A DNA stretch of 64,000 bases from Heterodontus francisci (Eukaryota): contig NC_090406.1 of assembly GCF_036365525.1 (NCBI RefSeq), positions 24,596,854 to 24,660,853 of the forward strand, given 5' to 3'. The position numbers and the translations under genes were made by a program. The notes under the pieces are model-generated. The model made no database searches. It was not told the DNA's origin and saw nothing but the letters and a program-made list of their open reading frames with translations. Position 1 is the stretch's first letter. Every line of letters begins with the position of its first letter. This document shows positions 28,877 through 40,960 of the stretch, piece after piece.

Positions 28877-31714
28877 TGACAGTGTTGCTACTTATCAAGT
28901 TGAGTTTTTTTTCAAAAGCTCTGGGGAAAAAAAAACAGGGAATACTGATTTCTCTCCCAGGCTGACCAAGATCAGCGACATTGCAGGAGGCAGTGAAACA
29001 AAAAGCACGGGAAATCTCCGATCACTGCAGAGTCTCCATTCATGCAGCCAAAGTTTAAAAAAAATTAAACCACTTGTGCGTGAAGAAGTCTCCATTCACG
29101 CAGCCGCAGTAAAACAAAAAATTAAATAATTAGAGCGTGAAGAACAAACGAATTCTGGCCAAAAAGAAGCAACTGAACAGCTGTGTAAACAGACGAGCTG
29201 AAGTGCCGCAAGATAAACACAGAACACTGTCAAACACCTGTTACTCTCCATCCAGGCAGCTAGTCTAAATAATAAGGGGAAACAGAGCAGAGTGATGGAA
29301 CAAAATTAAATATAGAGAGCACAAAGCAAAAGAACAGCAGAAAAATGGATACCAAATTCCCCAGCATGAACTGGAAGGACACTGATATCCTATCTGAGTT
29401 CAAACTTTTTAAACAAAGAATGCAGTTATGCTTCACAGACCAAGAGATTGTAGGACCAGAGCAGCAGGCTGTAAAAATACTAATAACAGTTGGATATGAA
29501 GGGTTACACAGAATCAACACTTCTGATTTATCTGAAGAGGACCAGAAAGATCCCGCAAAGATATGAAAAGTGCTAGAAGATCATCTCCGATTAAGAGTGA
29601 ATTTTCAAATTCACCGCCTGGAATTGAGGCCCTACAGGCAACAGCCACAGGAATTAGTAGATCAGTTCATCAGTAGATGTCATAGTAAGGGCAACGAAAG
29701 CTATTTCTCAGAAACTGAGCTGTCGGAGAGACTAATGGAGCTGGTGATTGTCTCAACACCCATTGAAGTGTTTCAAAAGAACCTTTTGGTGAAAAGAAAA
29801 GTCACAGCACTGACGCGCTGCTAGAAGATGGCAGGAAATATGAAGCTGGAGAACAGCACCTGCCAGCACTAGGTGCAGTTCAATGGTATCGACATAATAA
29901 CCAGATCGAAAAGAGTGAGCAAGCTGTGTGGTAAGTGTGGTTTTTCCCACTCACCATGAAATTGTCCTGCATTTCAAGACCTGTGCAAGGCATGCAGTGC
30001 AAAAGGACACTGGGCCCGCCTATGCAAGAAATCTGGTTCCAAAGACACAGCCATAAGTCACAGTATGACACAAGCAATCAGAAGACAAATACAGCATCAG
30101 GGCAACAGGAGAAAGGAGAGCTCCAGAGATCCACGTGAACACAAGCAGATACACGAAGCCCACAGCGAAATAGCCTTGAGACAAGACTCAGAGCGGAACA
30201 ATCCTCAGAAAGAAGACAAGCAGGCATTTCACATTGTGAACCAGACACATCATGTTGATGAAGTCAAACAACTGGAAGTTTTTGCTACCATTAACATCAT
30301 GTGCCCAAAGAAAGTTGGCAAACACACACTCAGGATTAAGACTGACACCGGAGCTAGTGCAAATATCCTACCACTCAGAATCCCTAAGGATATGCACCGG
30401 AGTTGTTGGAAATCAATGATACAATTGACAACTCCAAAGTTATCTGCATACAACAGGTCACCCATCCTTTGCAGTGGGACACTGACAATGCAATGCAGCA
30501 ATGGTAGGTCGGCATGGAAACCGTAAATATTTTACCTGGTAGACATGAGCGGACCAGCAGTGGCAGAACTACCAGCGTGTAAGGACCTCAACATCATAAC
30601 TATTCACAAGGTCACCAAGGTACCAATTACAGCAGAAGAGACCAAGGGTACCTACATTGAATCACAGTTCCACCAGGATCTCAGTGGTTCTGGTTTGGAG
30701 AGTATCAGCCCCTTCTCAAGAGAATGAAGATCCAAAATCAGATGGTAAAAGTTCTTGGTCAATGGGCAGTGTCTTTTCGTGCTCCAACTACTGAGAAGCA
30801 AAGGCTGGCAGTGGGGAGCATTCGCAAGGAGAAATCTCCAAGGACTGGAACCCGCTCGCAGACTCTGGCCAGCATCAAATGGTGCAGTCTGGAATTCCGT
30901 CAACAGCACAACTATGCCATTCCCTCACTTCTGCTCTCTAGAGAACTGCTATCACCACAATGAGCCAGAACGGACAGGTACCTCCATGCGACCAAGTACT
31001 CAACCCTGAGCCCCAGGCCTTCAAACGCAGAGCATGAGGAGAGTCAAAGGACACACAATGTCCTGAAGTCGCAGTGGAGGAATGAGTTGAAGCATTATCT
31101 GTGGCTCTTTAAGACGAGGTGCCAGAACTTTCCAAGAATGACAAGGCCCAAAAAGTGGTCATCTTGAGAAAAGCAACAGAGTATATTAGCAGGCTGAAGG
31201 CAGAGCAACAGAGCAACTTAATGCAGCGAGGGAGAAACTTCAGGAAAAAACAGCAACAGGTGAGACACGGATTCCCCAAGCAAGAGTTGTCAAACCACAG
31301 AAACGATCTATGAACTTTTAAACCTTTGCAATTGTAAATTTCATAATCCCTATCCATCAACTTGTAAATTTTAGTCTCTACCAATATAACTAATTTTGAT
31401 ATTATGCTAAAAGTAAAAACACATAAAATTTGATATGAGACTTATCTTTGGAAAGAAAGGGGATGTTGTATGATTGCCTTTAAGAGTGATGTCCCTTTAA
31501 GATCACAGTATGCTAATGAGCTAAGTACCAGGATGTAGTCATGTGACTACAAGCCAGAGTTACTCTGCAACACCTCGAGGAAGGTTCTGTAAATAGTTTG
31601 CTCTGTACTGTACCTAACAGTTTAGCTGTTAATAAACCTGTTTGAGACCTTCAACGACCTGGACTCCACACATTTCATTTATGCTGCACAAGACAATATA
31701 AAGAACTCATTACA
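28877..31714 (+). mobile_element. Non-autonomous Gypsy (Mag-like) LTR element: gag - protease - myc segment - PPT - 3' LTR
   Basis: gag fragments 29345-30138 with two Zn knuckles (CGKCGFSHSP*NC, CKACSAKGHWARLC); protease DTGASANIL; PPT 31450-31463; LTR 31464-31714 (TG...CA, AATAAA at 31631). Confidence 0.88.
30781..31313 (+). pseudogene. myc-family (MYCN-like) exon-3-type segment: Myc box IV and bHLH-ZIP, decayed
   Basis: IKWCSLEFRQQHNYAIPS; LSPRPSNAEHEESQRTHNVLKSQWRNELK; DEVPELSKNDKAQKVVILRKATEYISRLKAEQQ; in-frame TGA at 30961 and frameshifts near 31110 and 31210. Confidence 0.9.
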
Positions 31715-34439
31715 AAGAGAGCATAAAATCCTGCCCATATAGTGCAATAAGCTTGGAACTGCTGGGAACTGTCTTAATTAAGGTAAAAGCATGAGTAAAT
31801 TGATAGTATGGGCATGGGAGTGTTTTAACTCAAGGTATTGCACTATTAATAGTGCTTGGTCCAATGGATCTGCACTAAGGCTCATATATATTTGGTTCAA
31901 AAAATATTCTGTTTGTTCAAATAACACTTGGTTCATCTCCATCACTGCCAGAACAATTACCTATCTTTAAAACAGTACATACATTGTCAGCTTGTACAGC
32001 TCTGCGTAAGAGGAAGTATGATATTGTCAGCAAACGTCTGAAGGCTAAAAGCAACCTCCCAATGTAATGATGGTTTTCACATACTCAAACTATTGACATC
32101 AAAACAATAACTTGTATTTATATAGTGCCTTTAACATAGTAAAATGTCCCAAGGTGCAAGAAGGCTTATTAACAAGTGCTCATTCACAAGTGTTACTCAC
32201 TGACACACTAAAAAACAATGAACAATTTGTTAAATAAAGATTCATTATCTTCTTCTGAGAAGCATCCTCTGTACAATGTTAGGATGGACCAGCAACAGGC
32301 CACAACATACTGGGAAAGTCACATAAAAGGGACAACCACCCTTTTAAGATAAATTGTGATATCAGCAACATGCTCACGTGACTCATGGTGTTCCCACACA
32401 TTAGGGTGAACCTTGCCTTGGAGCTTCATGTTAATTTGTTCCAAGACATTTGATGAAGATATATTTTACATAGTTGCCATTTCTACAAGACCTGAGGGGA
32501 CGGCAGAGTAGTTGAGTGCAGGATGCTCACAATTTAACCACTTAGCTGAGGCTATATCTGACACTAACAATTCAAACAGCAACTTTTAACTTAATTAATT
32601 TCTGAACAAAGGTGTTCAGACAAGCAATGATAAGTTATCCAGGACAGACATGTCCCATTGTCACAAGGCAGACAGTTACGTACATCATTTGTCAATGAAA
32701 AAATAAACTTCACCCAGAGACAGAGTTGACTAAAGCCAATTTTTAAATCACATCTACGCAGCCTTTTCTGAAGTCATAAATAACAACAAAATGCTCTGGA
32801 CAACAGTTTCAGGAATAATAAAGATGCAGTTATGCAGTGACTTTTCATGTTGTGTTTCCTGCCAGTTACATGGCAAAAAAGTAATATACATGCAAGAAAC
32901 CATCAGGAAGTCAATTTTCAATGACAGGTTTACATAAAGTGAACAACTTCTGAGATTTTTGGAAAGGTTTGGTGTATTCCAGTTAGAGTGCCACAATCAT
33001 CCACACAGTGAAGATGTTCTTTTATCTCAAATTCTGAAGCGGAGAATAAAAATCTGAGAACACATGACGCTGTACTGAATGCCCAACAGTTTATCTCATA
33101 CTACAGAAATTTTCCCCAGTATAAATGAGAAAGATTGGTCACGTGATATCTCAGATGTCACAAAATATCTTAAAAGGCAATTCTTTAAGTAATCTTTTCT
33201 AGTGTGCCAGCCGTATATAGATCAGATCTATGGAAGAATGAGAAATACAGAACAGTTGGATATGCAATGCTTGCAAATTTGGCAAGACATATTGGCTGTC
33301 TTAAACCATGATAATAGTGGTTTATTTTGCCGTGGATTATTAATCAGAGTTACTGGGGACCTTAGCCTTCAGAGCGTCAAAATAATGCATATTTACATCT
33401 GATTTTCTCCCACTGTACGTTTCTTTCATTACCATTTTTGAGACTCAAGCCACAAAGTAAAAAAGAATGTTTAATCTTTTAACTACCAAATTCAATGGCT
33501 AAAATAGTTAATTTACATTTATTAAGGTGCTATGCAATTCATAAATGATTCATTTTTACAGGTCATGTCCTAAGAAGTACTGTGTCTTTATAAATTACTG
33601 TAATTTACAGAATGATTACAGTGCATTTTCAGTAGCTGTATAAATCCGGATACAACAGATTGCAAATCAGCCATGAAATTTTAATTAACCTTTCCAAACA
33701 CCTATGTTTTTACAGCATATCAATTTAAATCTTAATGTGTGGGAGGGAGAACCAAGTGTATAAAAACATATCAGCTAACTGGTTATTTTTCCAGGAATTC
33801 ATTTACAAAGTGACTGTGAGTACAATAACTGAAGTTATAATGTGGGTGGTAGGGTTCTGAAAATGGCTATAAGATTTTATCAACTGAATGGCAATTACAA
33901 TTACTGGGCTATGGGGAAAGGGCGCTAGAGTGGGACTAGCTGGATTACCCTAGCAGAGAGTCGCTACGGATAAACGGGCTCCTGCTAAGCTGTAACCAAT
34001 CTATGATTTAATGATATACTAGCAGTTGCTCACTCTAAATCAGAGCTTTTAAGACAGAGATGCTCTGCCAAGTAGTATTCCCTGGGGCACAGGTTTCTCA
34101 ACATTGGGGATCTGGAGGCACTGGGAGGGGCTCCATTAGCATCCTCTCCCAACCTTCCCATTGGCCACTTTGCATGTAGTACTGTCCGATACGAACATTT
34201 AACACTTACGTCTGGAGTTTCCTTCTTGGGCGCAACCCGGATGTTAAACTCAAAAATACACCCAATATCATGTCCACTCTAGGTTAGCCCAAGTATCCTC
34301 CCAATCTCATTTGAACATGTCCAAATTTAAAATGGACATAAATCAGTCAGAAAAAAAGGGGTACAAGGAAAGCAGTGAATCCGCAACCATATATTTCTTC
34401 TTTAACTATGAAAATAGAAGTTTCTACTCCTTTAACCTT

Positions 34440-35211
34440 GGGCTGGATTTTAAGAAGCCCTTGATGTCGAGATCCGTGGTGTGGGGGGGGGGGGGGGGGG
34501 GAAGCCTGAAGATGGCTCCGGATGAGGCCCACCAAGAAACTCAATGCCAGCAGGGCCTGGCCCGATCCTCCCGGCGGCAGCGGGGCTCCATGCGGCCCCC
34601 CCCCTGCCTCTGGGTGATGGTACCACAATTTACATATTCAAATTAACAAAATGAATAAATTAACATGTACTTATCTGAGATCTTGAGAGGCCCGCCATGA
34701 TCTTTGGCGTGGCAGCCAGCACTCCCGTGCCTTCACATCCCTGTCCGGGGAAACGAAGCACGACACTGGTGGGTAGGGGGGATGGAGATACATTTGTCTG
34801 TGCGGGGGGCGGGGATGGGGTCAAATACACGTAATGGGTGTAGGGGATGGTGGGAAGGTTTGAACCTTAAACTTTGTGCAGCTTTGGGGGGGGGGGGGCG
34901 GGGGGGTGGAGAAGGTGGTCAGATGTAAAAAGTAAGTGTTTTTTTTGGGGGGGAAGGGGGAGGGGAAGGGCAAATAGTTATCGTATATGTTATTGGGGGG
35001 GGTGAAAGGGGCAAAAGAAATATATTTACTTAATTTTGGTGTCTATTTCTTTAAATATTTAAATAAGCCAGCAGGGCTGGCTGCCCTTTAAAAATGGCAT
35101 CAGCGCCTGCGCACAGGTCGTGGTGGCTCTTTGGCGTGCAACCCATGCGGGTGGGCTGCCATTTTTTGAGCTCGCCATTGAGATTGGCAGCAGGCTCATA
35201 GAATCCAGCCC
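34440..35211. mobile_element. MITE of a second family with related TIRs
   Basis: GGGCTGGATTTTAAG ... CATAGAATCCAGCCC; flanks CTT/CAT. Confidence 0.75.
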
Positions 35212-36191
35212 CATCATTCACACCCATGGCACAGCATGTTTAGAAACCTGCAATCTGGAAGCTTTTCCATTTTTAATGTGACTTATGCTATAAAAATGCT
35301 TTAAAATAAACTCAAAATGCAGCTCAGGTCTCAGTGAGGATAAATTAAAAACAAAACTAATAAAATTGAAATAAATCATCAGAAGGATGACTTTCATTCC
35401 TGCTGCAACTGAATACCTGGTTGCATGGAGACCCTCTGAACATGCACAATAGGAGCATACTCGTACTTTGGGCATGGCCAGATTTATGCGTGAAGATTAA
35501 CTCGGGCAGAGGGTTCGATGGACAGCCATAAAAGATTGAGGAGAGTTGAGAGGAGACTTGCGTGTTTTGTATTTTCGCACAAAATTTGCTTATGCCCCAA
35601 ATTCTGTAATCCTTTAAACCACACAACTGGACTGTTCCAAGATTACACGCATGTCTGGGCGAAAACGCAGAAAAAACTCCAGGCTATGGTGTGCAGATAA
35701 TGAGACCACAATTTGTCAAATAGTATTCCTATTTTGTACATCTTGATCTCATCTCTGATTAGATGATATGAAAACAGTTATTAACACAATACATAGCAAG
35801 GAATATTATATTATGCAATACTTCAGATGACTACCATAATTACCAGTGTGAATTACAACAATGTTTTGGAGAAAATTGAGTTATTTTCTATGTACAGTAG
35901 ATGGCGTGAGATTAGATCAACATTTCTATTCTTAACTTCGCGCCTTTCTATGGATAGATACAAGATAGAGCTTTCCGTTAAAAATAGTTTATAGATGAAC
36001 ACATTTTGACATCTTTTATATTGTTCTAACAATGAAGGTTGTAAATCGTCCATGGAATTTTGGTTCAAATTTCAGTCTTTGCAGTCAGAAAAGAAAAATT
36101 GCATATGAGCTCATTTCAATCTTGCATCTCAAAAATCAGGTTTGATCAAATCCATGTCAATGAAATTAGTGGTGAATTTTCACAAACTTCA

Positions 36192-36473
<282 letters not shown>

Positions 36474-36845
36474 CTAAATTTTAATTTGTATTTTAAATAT
36501 ACAAAATCTAGTGAAGATAATTGCACTCCCAATAGTAGCTTTAACTGTGAATAGCTGAGCTATATCATTTGAAACTAATCCCAGGTATGTGCTGTTTATG
36601 TTAAAATAAACTCAGTTGGGTCTGTGATAAGTGGCACTACAACTGGCCCTCAATGCCTTAGACTACAGGCAGAAACTTAGCTGTCCAGTGGTCACTATTG
36701 GAGATGCATGTGTGACGCTGAATAAGAGCAGGATAAGGATCGACTATGTTCCCTCCTCACCACAGGGAAACAGCCTAATAACACTTACTAATAAGATGTA
36801 CACTTAAATAATAGTCAAGTGATCAAGAAACTGAGGGTGCCTTAT

Positions 36846-37543
36846 TCATGGATTTTACGTCAGGCGGACAGGAGCTGGCCACCAACGTAAAAGTTGGCGG
36901 CGAACCCACTTGCACCTAGCCCAGGGATCTATCCCGTATTTTATGAGTCCCCAGGCTTTAATTATTCAGAGGTGGGACTTCCACCCACTTGAGGAAGTCC
37001 CGCCTCATTGAGCTGCTACCCATTCATCGGGCCGGCAGCTCTTAGTCCCAGCAGCACCACCTGGAGTGGTGGCCACTGCTGAGACTGCAGCCCAGCCGAG
37101 GACATGGAACCAGGGCTGCAGGTAAGTTGGGGTTGCCTCGACAGGGGTAATCGGTCATGCCCCAGTGAGACCAGGGTGGTCATTTGGGGGAAGGGGGGAT
37201 GACCCGGGTCTTGCATGTGGTTGGGGAAGCGGGGGTGGCCCTCAATCGGGCACTCTGTGCCCAACTATCAGGCCCCCCCTCCCGGGGCACTGAGAGGCCA
37301 CCAAGTTTCACTGGGCGGCCTTTCACGTCTCCCAGACACCCGCTTGCCACGAAGGCCCTTAAGTGGCCACTTAAGGGCCTTGATTGGCTTGGGGCAGGCG
37401 GCCCGTTTTTTGCCTCCTCCCACCCTGCGTAAATAGGCGCGGAGGTGGGAGTGGGTCGGGAAGGCCTTCTGGAGCCTCCTGCTCAATTTTACTCCAACCT
37501 CCCGCCACCATCCAGCTCGCTGGGGTGGCGGAAAATTCCGGCC
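36846..37543. mobile_element. GC-rich MITE
   Basis: GGATTTTACG ... GAAAATTCCGGCC; shares aagtggccacttaagggccttgattgg core with other copies. Confidence 0.75.
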
Positions 37544-37544
37544 A

Positions 37545-38409
37545 CTGTGTCTGGAGATGTGACCAAGTTCAGAAAGGCTCTTTTTTCACTTTGGACCCTT
37601 TAAAAGCCTGTGAATTGGACAAAGAGCAGGCATTTGAAATTTTTGCTTGACCTGCCTGTAGCAAGAGAGAAAAGACCCAGAAAAGTAAAGGAGACTAGCA
37701 TCTCTTGAAAATGAATCCTACATTTGAAAGTTGGCAGATTCCTGTTGTCTCCTGTCTCTGAAGAATTTCTGCATCCAGTGAGATTCCTGCTGCTTCCTGT
37801 GTTCTAAGAAATCCTAAAATCTGAAGAATTCTTCTACTGCTAGCCTGCTGCTTCAAGACCCCAAGCAGACCTGTTGCTACAACACTGATGAAAGACCTAT
37901 GTGACGCCTGCTGCAGTTAAATTGCCATGAAAACCTACCCATCACAGACTGTTCATCAGCCTCGCCTGGAGAGACTGCGAGTGGCATCCGACTATTCGAC
38001 TCTGGGACACCTCACTGTACCGGAAACATCCCACCAGAATGTGAACCTCAATTTTTTTATTATTCCTTCTATTCCGAAGAAACAGTTATAATCCAAAACA
38101 CCCTTTTGAAATTGGTTAACTGTTTCTTTCTGAATGTATATGTGTGTGCCTGAGGGTTAAGGAAATAAAGGTTTTTTTCATGTATAGATTTATGTCGTTA
38201 GTAGTTAAGATCTATTATTTCTTTTCCAATAAATAGTTAATGTTGTTGTTGCTTAAAGAAACCTGCTTTGGTGTGCTTTATTATGGGGGGAAAAATACAG
38301 TGTTTAATTTGGCTAGTCTTTGGTAGGTGGAAAACATTACTTGATATGCTATGACCTGTTACTAACGGGACTGAATTAACAGTGTATTACTTCTGCTTTG
38401 GTCGTAACA
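37545..38409 (+). mobile_element. Probable solo LTR
   Basis: AATAAA signals; ends ggtcgtaaca, mirroring the tgttacggcc end of the 59577 LTR. Confidence 0.55.
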
Positions 38410-38843
38410 ATAGCAGAAATTCATATGGCAAACAACAAACATTCCCTTAGCAACCGCACTGGAATGACAGTGACATCTTTGGCAAAGAATGAATTTGTTT
38501 TCAGTGGTTTGAAGTGATGTCACAGCTTACACTCTGCATTTTTACCGAGGGACCTACTGGATGCAATATTTATGATACTACTGATGAAGTGTTGTGGTCA
38601 AAGAATAGTTCCTGCTAGTTGTGGGAATTAAGTTGAAACAAATATTTGTCAAAATTTTGATGTATTTTACAATTCTCTGACTGGGCCTCACTACAATATT
38701 TTTAATCACTGATGTGCTTGATTGAAGGGAGAGACATTAACATTGCATACTAACTGCCAGAATTGAGCAGATCATTTCACTGATAAACAGTTAACAACTC
38801 ATTCTTTCAAAAAGTACTCATTGAAACAGCTGCATAAACTTAC

Positions 38844-39007
38844 GTCATAGCCTGATAAATGGATTCTATACCAAATCGCATTGCAAACTCATCCACTATT
38901 TCTTGGGCAGTTTCATCAAAATAAACTTTCCAGGCATCATCTCCTTTTGCGTCTGGGATTTTCACCACTCCATTATTTTGTATATCCGTCAAGAAATGAA
39001 ATTGATT
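38844..39007 (-). CDS. unc13a: unc13a coding exon ([55 protein letters not shown])
   Basis: 164 bp, tacag/gtaagt; [15 protein letters not shown] is UNC13A-like rather than UNC13B-like. Confidence 0.93.
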
Positions 39008-40012
39008 CTGTATGTATAAAAATACAAAAATCAAAACACTCTTTTGGCAGTAAATCACAACTAATGCGCTTATACAAAACAAACTTGTTTGAAACTTTTA
39101 ATTAAGGCATTGTTAATTAAGGACTATTAACTATATTACTAGAATTATTAAATATGCATTCGCTCGCAGGAGAAAATGGATTGCTTTGTTCCTTCCAATT
39201 TGAAACTGTCCACAGCATATAAATGGAACAGTTACATTAATCAACCTCAACTAAATCCGGTTCCGAATGTTGGCATAAATGATATCAGCTGTACACTCCA
39301 GTGAAAAATCTCAAGATTGCCACTGAAATCAAAAGAAAATTTTAAGCTGAAGGAAATAAAGGATCAAATTCTCCAGGAAAAAAAATCAAGCTTCAACAAC
39401 ACTGAAGTCAGAAAGATCTTGAGAATTACACTCAGCCAAGAGCAATTAGACTGTAACCCAATCAAGAAATTAAGCTGACGCTATAAAGAAAGAACAAACC
39501 AAGTGAATTATAAGTTAACTGGATCCAGAGATAAGGTTATTGATTTTGAATCTCTTCGGGTAACAGACTTTTTCTTTCACGACAAACAATGTGGAGTTTA
39601 TGGCCAGTTCTAAAAGGAAATGTTGCCGGTTGAGGCAGGCATTGACAATCACTATAAATTTAACATGTGACAATTGATAGTTGATTACAAAAAAAAACAA
39701 ATAAATGTATAAATATATAAAAATAACACTCTTTAGTTTCATTTATACAAATATATAGGTAGAATAACCCTCATCTATTCATTACTGTATTTAAAACTGT
39801 CAGAGACTCAATTAGCTGATGGAAAAGCCCCATCTGGGCTGCTGACATCCCAGAAATCTGAAAGCAGAACTTTCCAGTAAAGCAACCTACATCTCTCTGT
39901 GGATTTATAAAAAAGGCCCTAATATCAGGCACCAGTGACTGATAGAAAAGATGCTGTTTATGACTTTGCAGTAGGATATATCCAAAGGCAATGGACTACT
40001 GGGAGAAACATA

Positions 40013-40687
40013 GGTCGGAATTTTATGTTGGGTGGGAGTCCAGCCAAAAGGTCAGGGGTGAACCTGCCTCTGCTGGGCCTGGGGAGCCACGCCAGGATTT
40101 TATACTCCCCAGGTCCTTAATTGGCCTTGGGCGGGACTTCCATTCCTCTGAGGCAGGAAGTCCCGCCAAATGGAGCTGCCGGCCAATCAGCAGGGCGGCA
40201 GCACCAGACTGCACCCAGTCACAGCAGGATCGTGGAGGCCAGCCCAAAAAAGGTAAGTCTCTGGGGATAATCGGCTGGACCACGGCGAGGCAAGGGAGGT
40301 CAATTGGGTGAGGGGGAGGTGTTGTGCAGTAAGGGCAGTTGGGCCATGGGGGTGCCCTCCGTGGGGCACAGGATGCCCAATCAAGAGGGCCCACCCACAC
40401 AAGGCAGCCACCATGTTTTACTTGGTGGCCTCCTGGATGGCCTGAGCCACCCGCCCAACAGCGGGAAGAGGCCATTAAGTGGTAGTTAATTGGCCACTTA
40501 AGGGCCTTGATTGGCCTGGGGCAGGCAGGCTGCTGATCTTGCTGCTGACCCTCGTAAAATTGCAGCAGGGGCGGGAAGGTGCCAGGATTGGCCCCCCCAC
40601 CACCCACTGCCTCCCACTCAATTTGACGACCCCCCCCGACCCATTCGCTCCCGTGGGGTGGGGGGAGGGGGTTGTAAAATTCTGGCC
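40013..40687. mobile_element. GC-rich MITE
   Basis: GGTCGGAATTTTATG ... GTAAAATTCTGGCC; inverted relative of 52718-53431. Confidence 0.8.
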
Positions 40688-40816
40688 ACAGTAGCTGAAG
40701 AATTTAAACTTGAAATTTTCTTCCCTTGTGTTCTTGACAAACAATATTTGAATATTTGCAAGTCATCAGTGGACTCCATATGGAGGGAAAAAACAAAGAC
40801 ACCATGTAATAATTCA

Positions 40817-40960
<144 letters not shown>

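Larger units (their letters stand above)
28137..31736. mobile_element. GC-rich MITE (inverted relative to 23649 copy) split by an LTR element at 28877-31714
   Basis: TIR at 28137; body to 28876; the last 22 bp (aagagagcataaaatcctgccc) resume at 31715. Confidence 0.85.

Noticed and set aside
30724-31313. A functional cellular myc gene
   Set aside because: It has an in-frame stop, frameshifts, a damaged basic region and no MBI/MBII exon, and it lies inside an LTR element.
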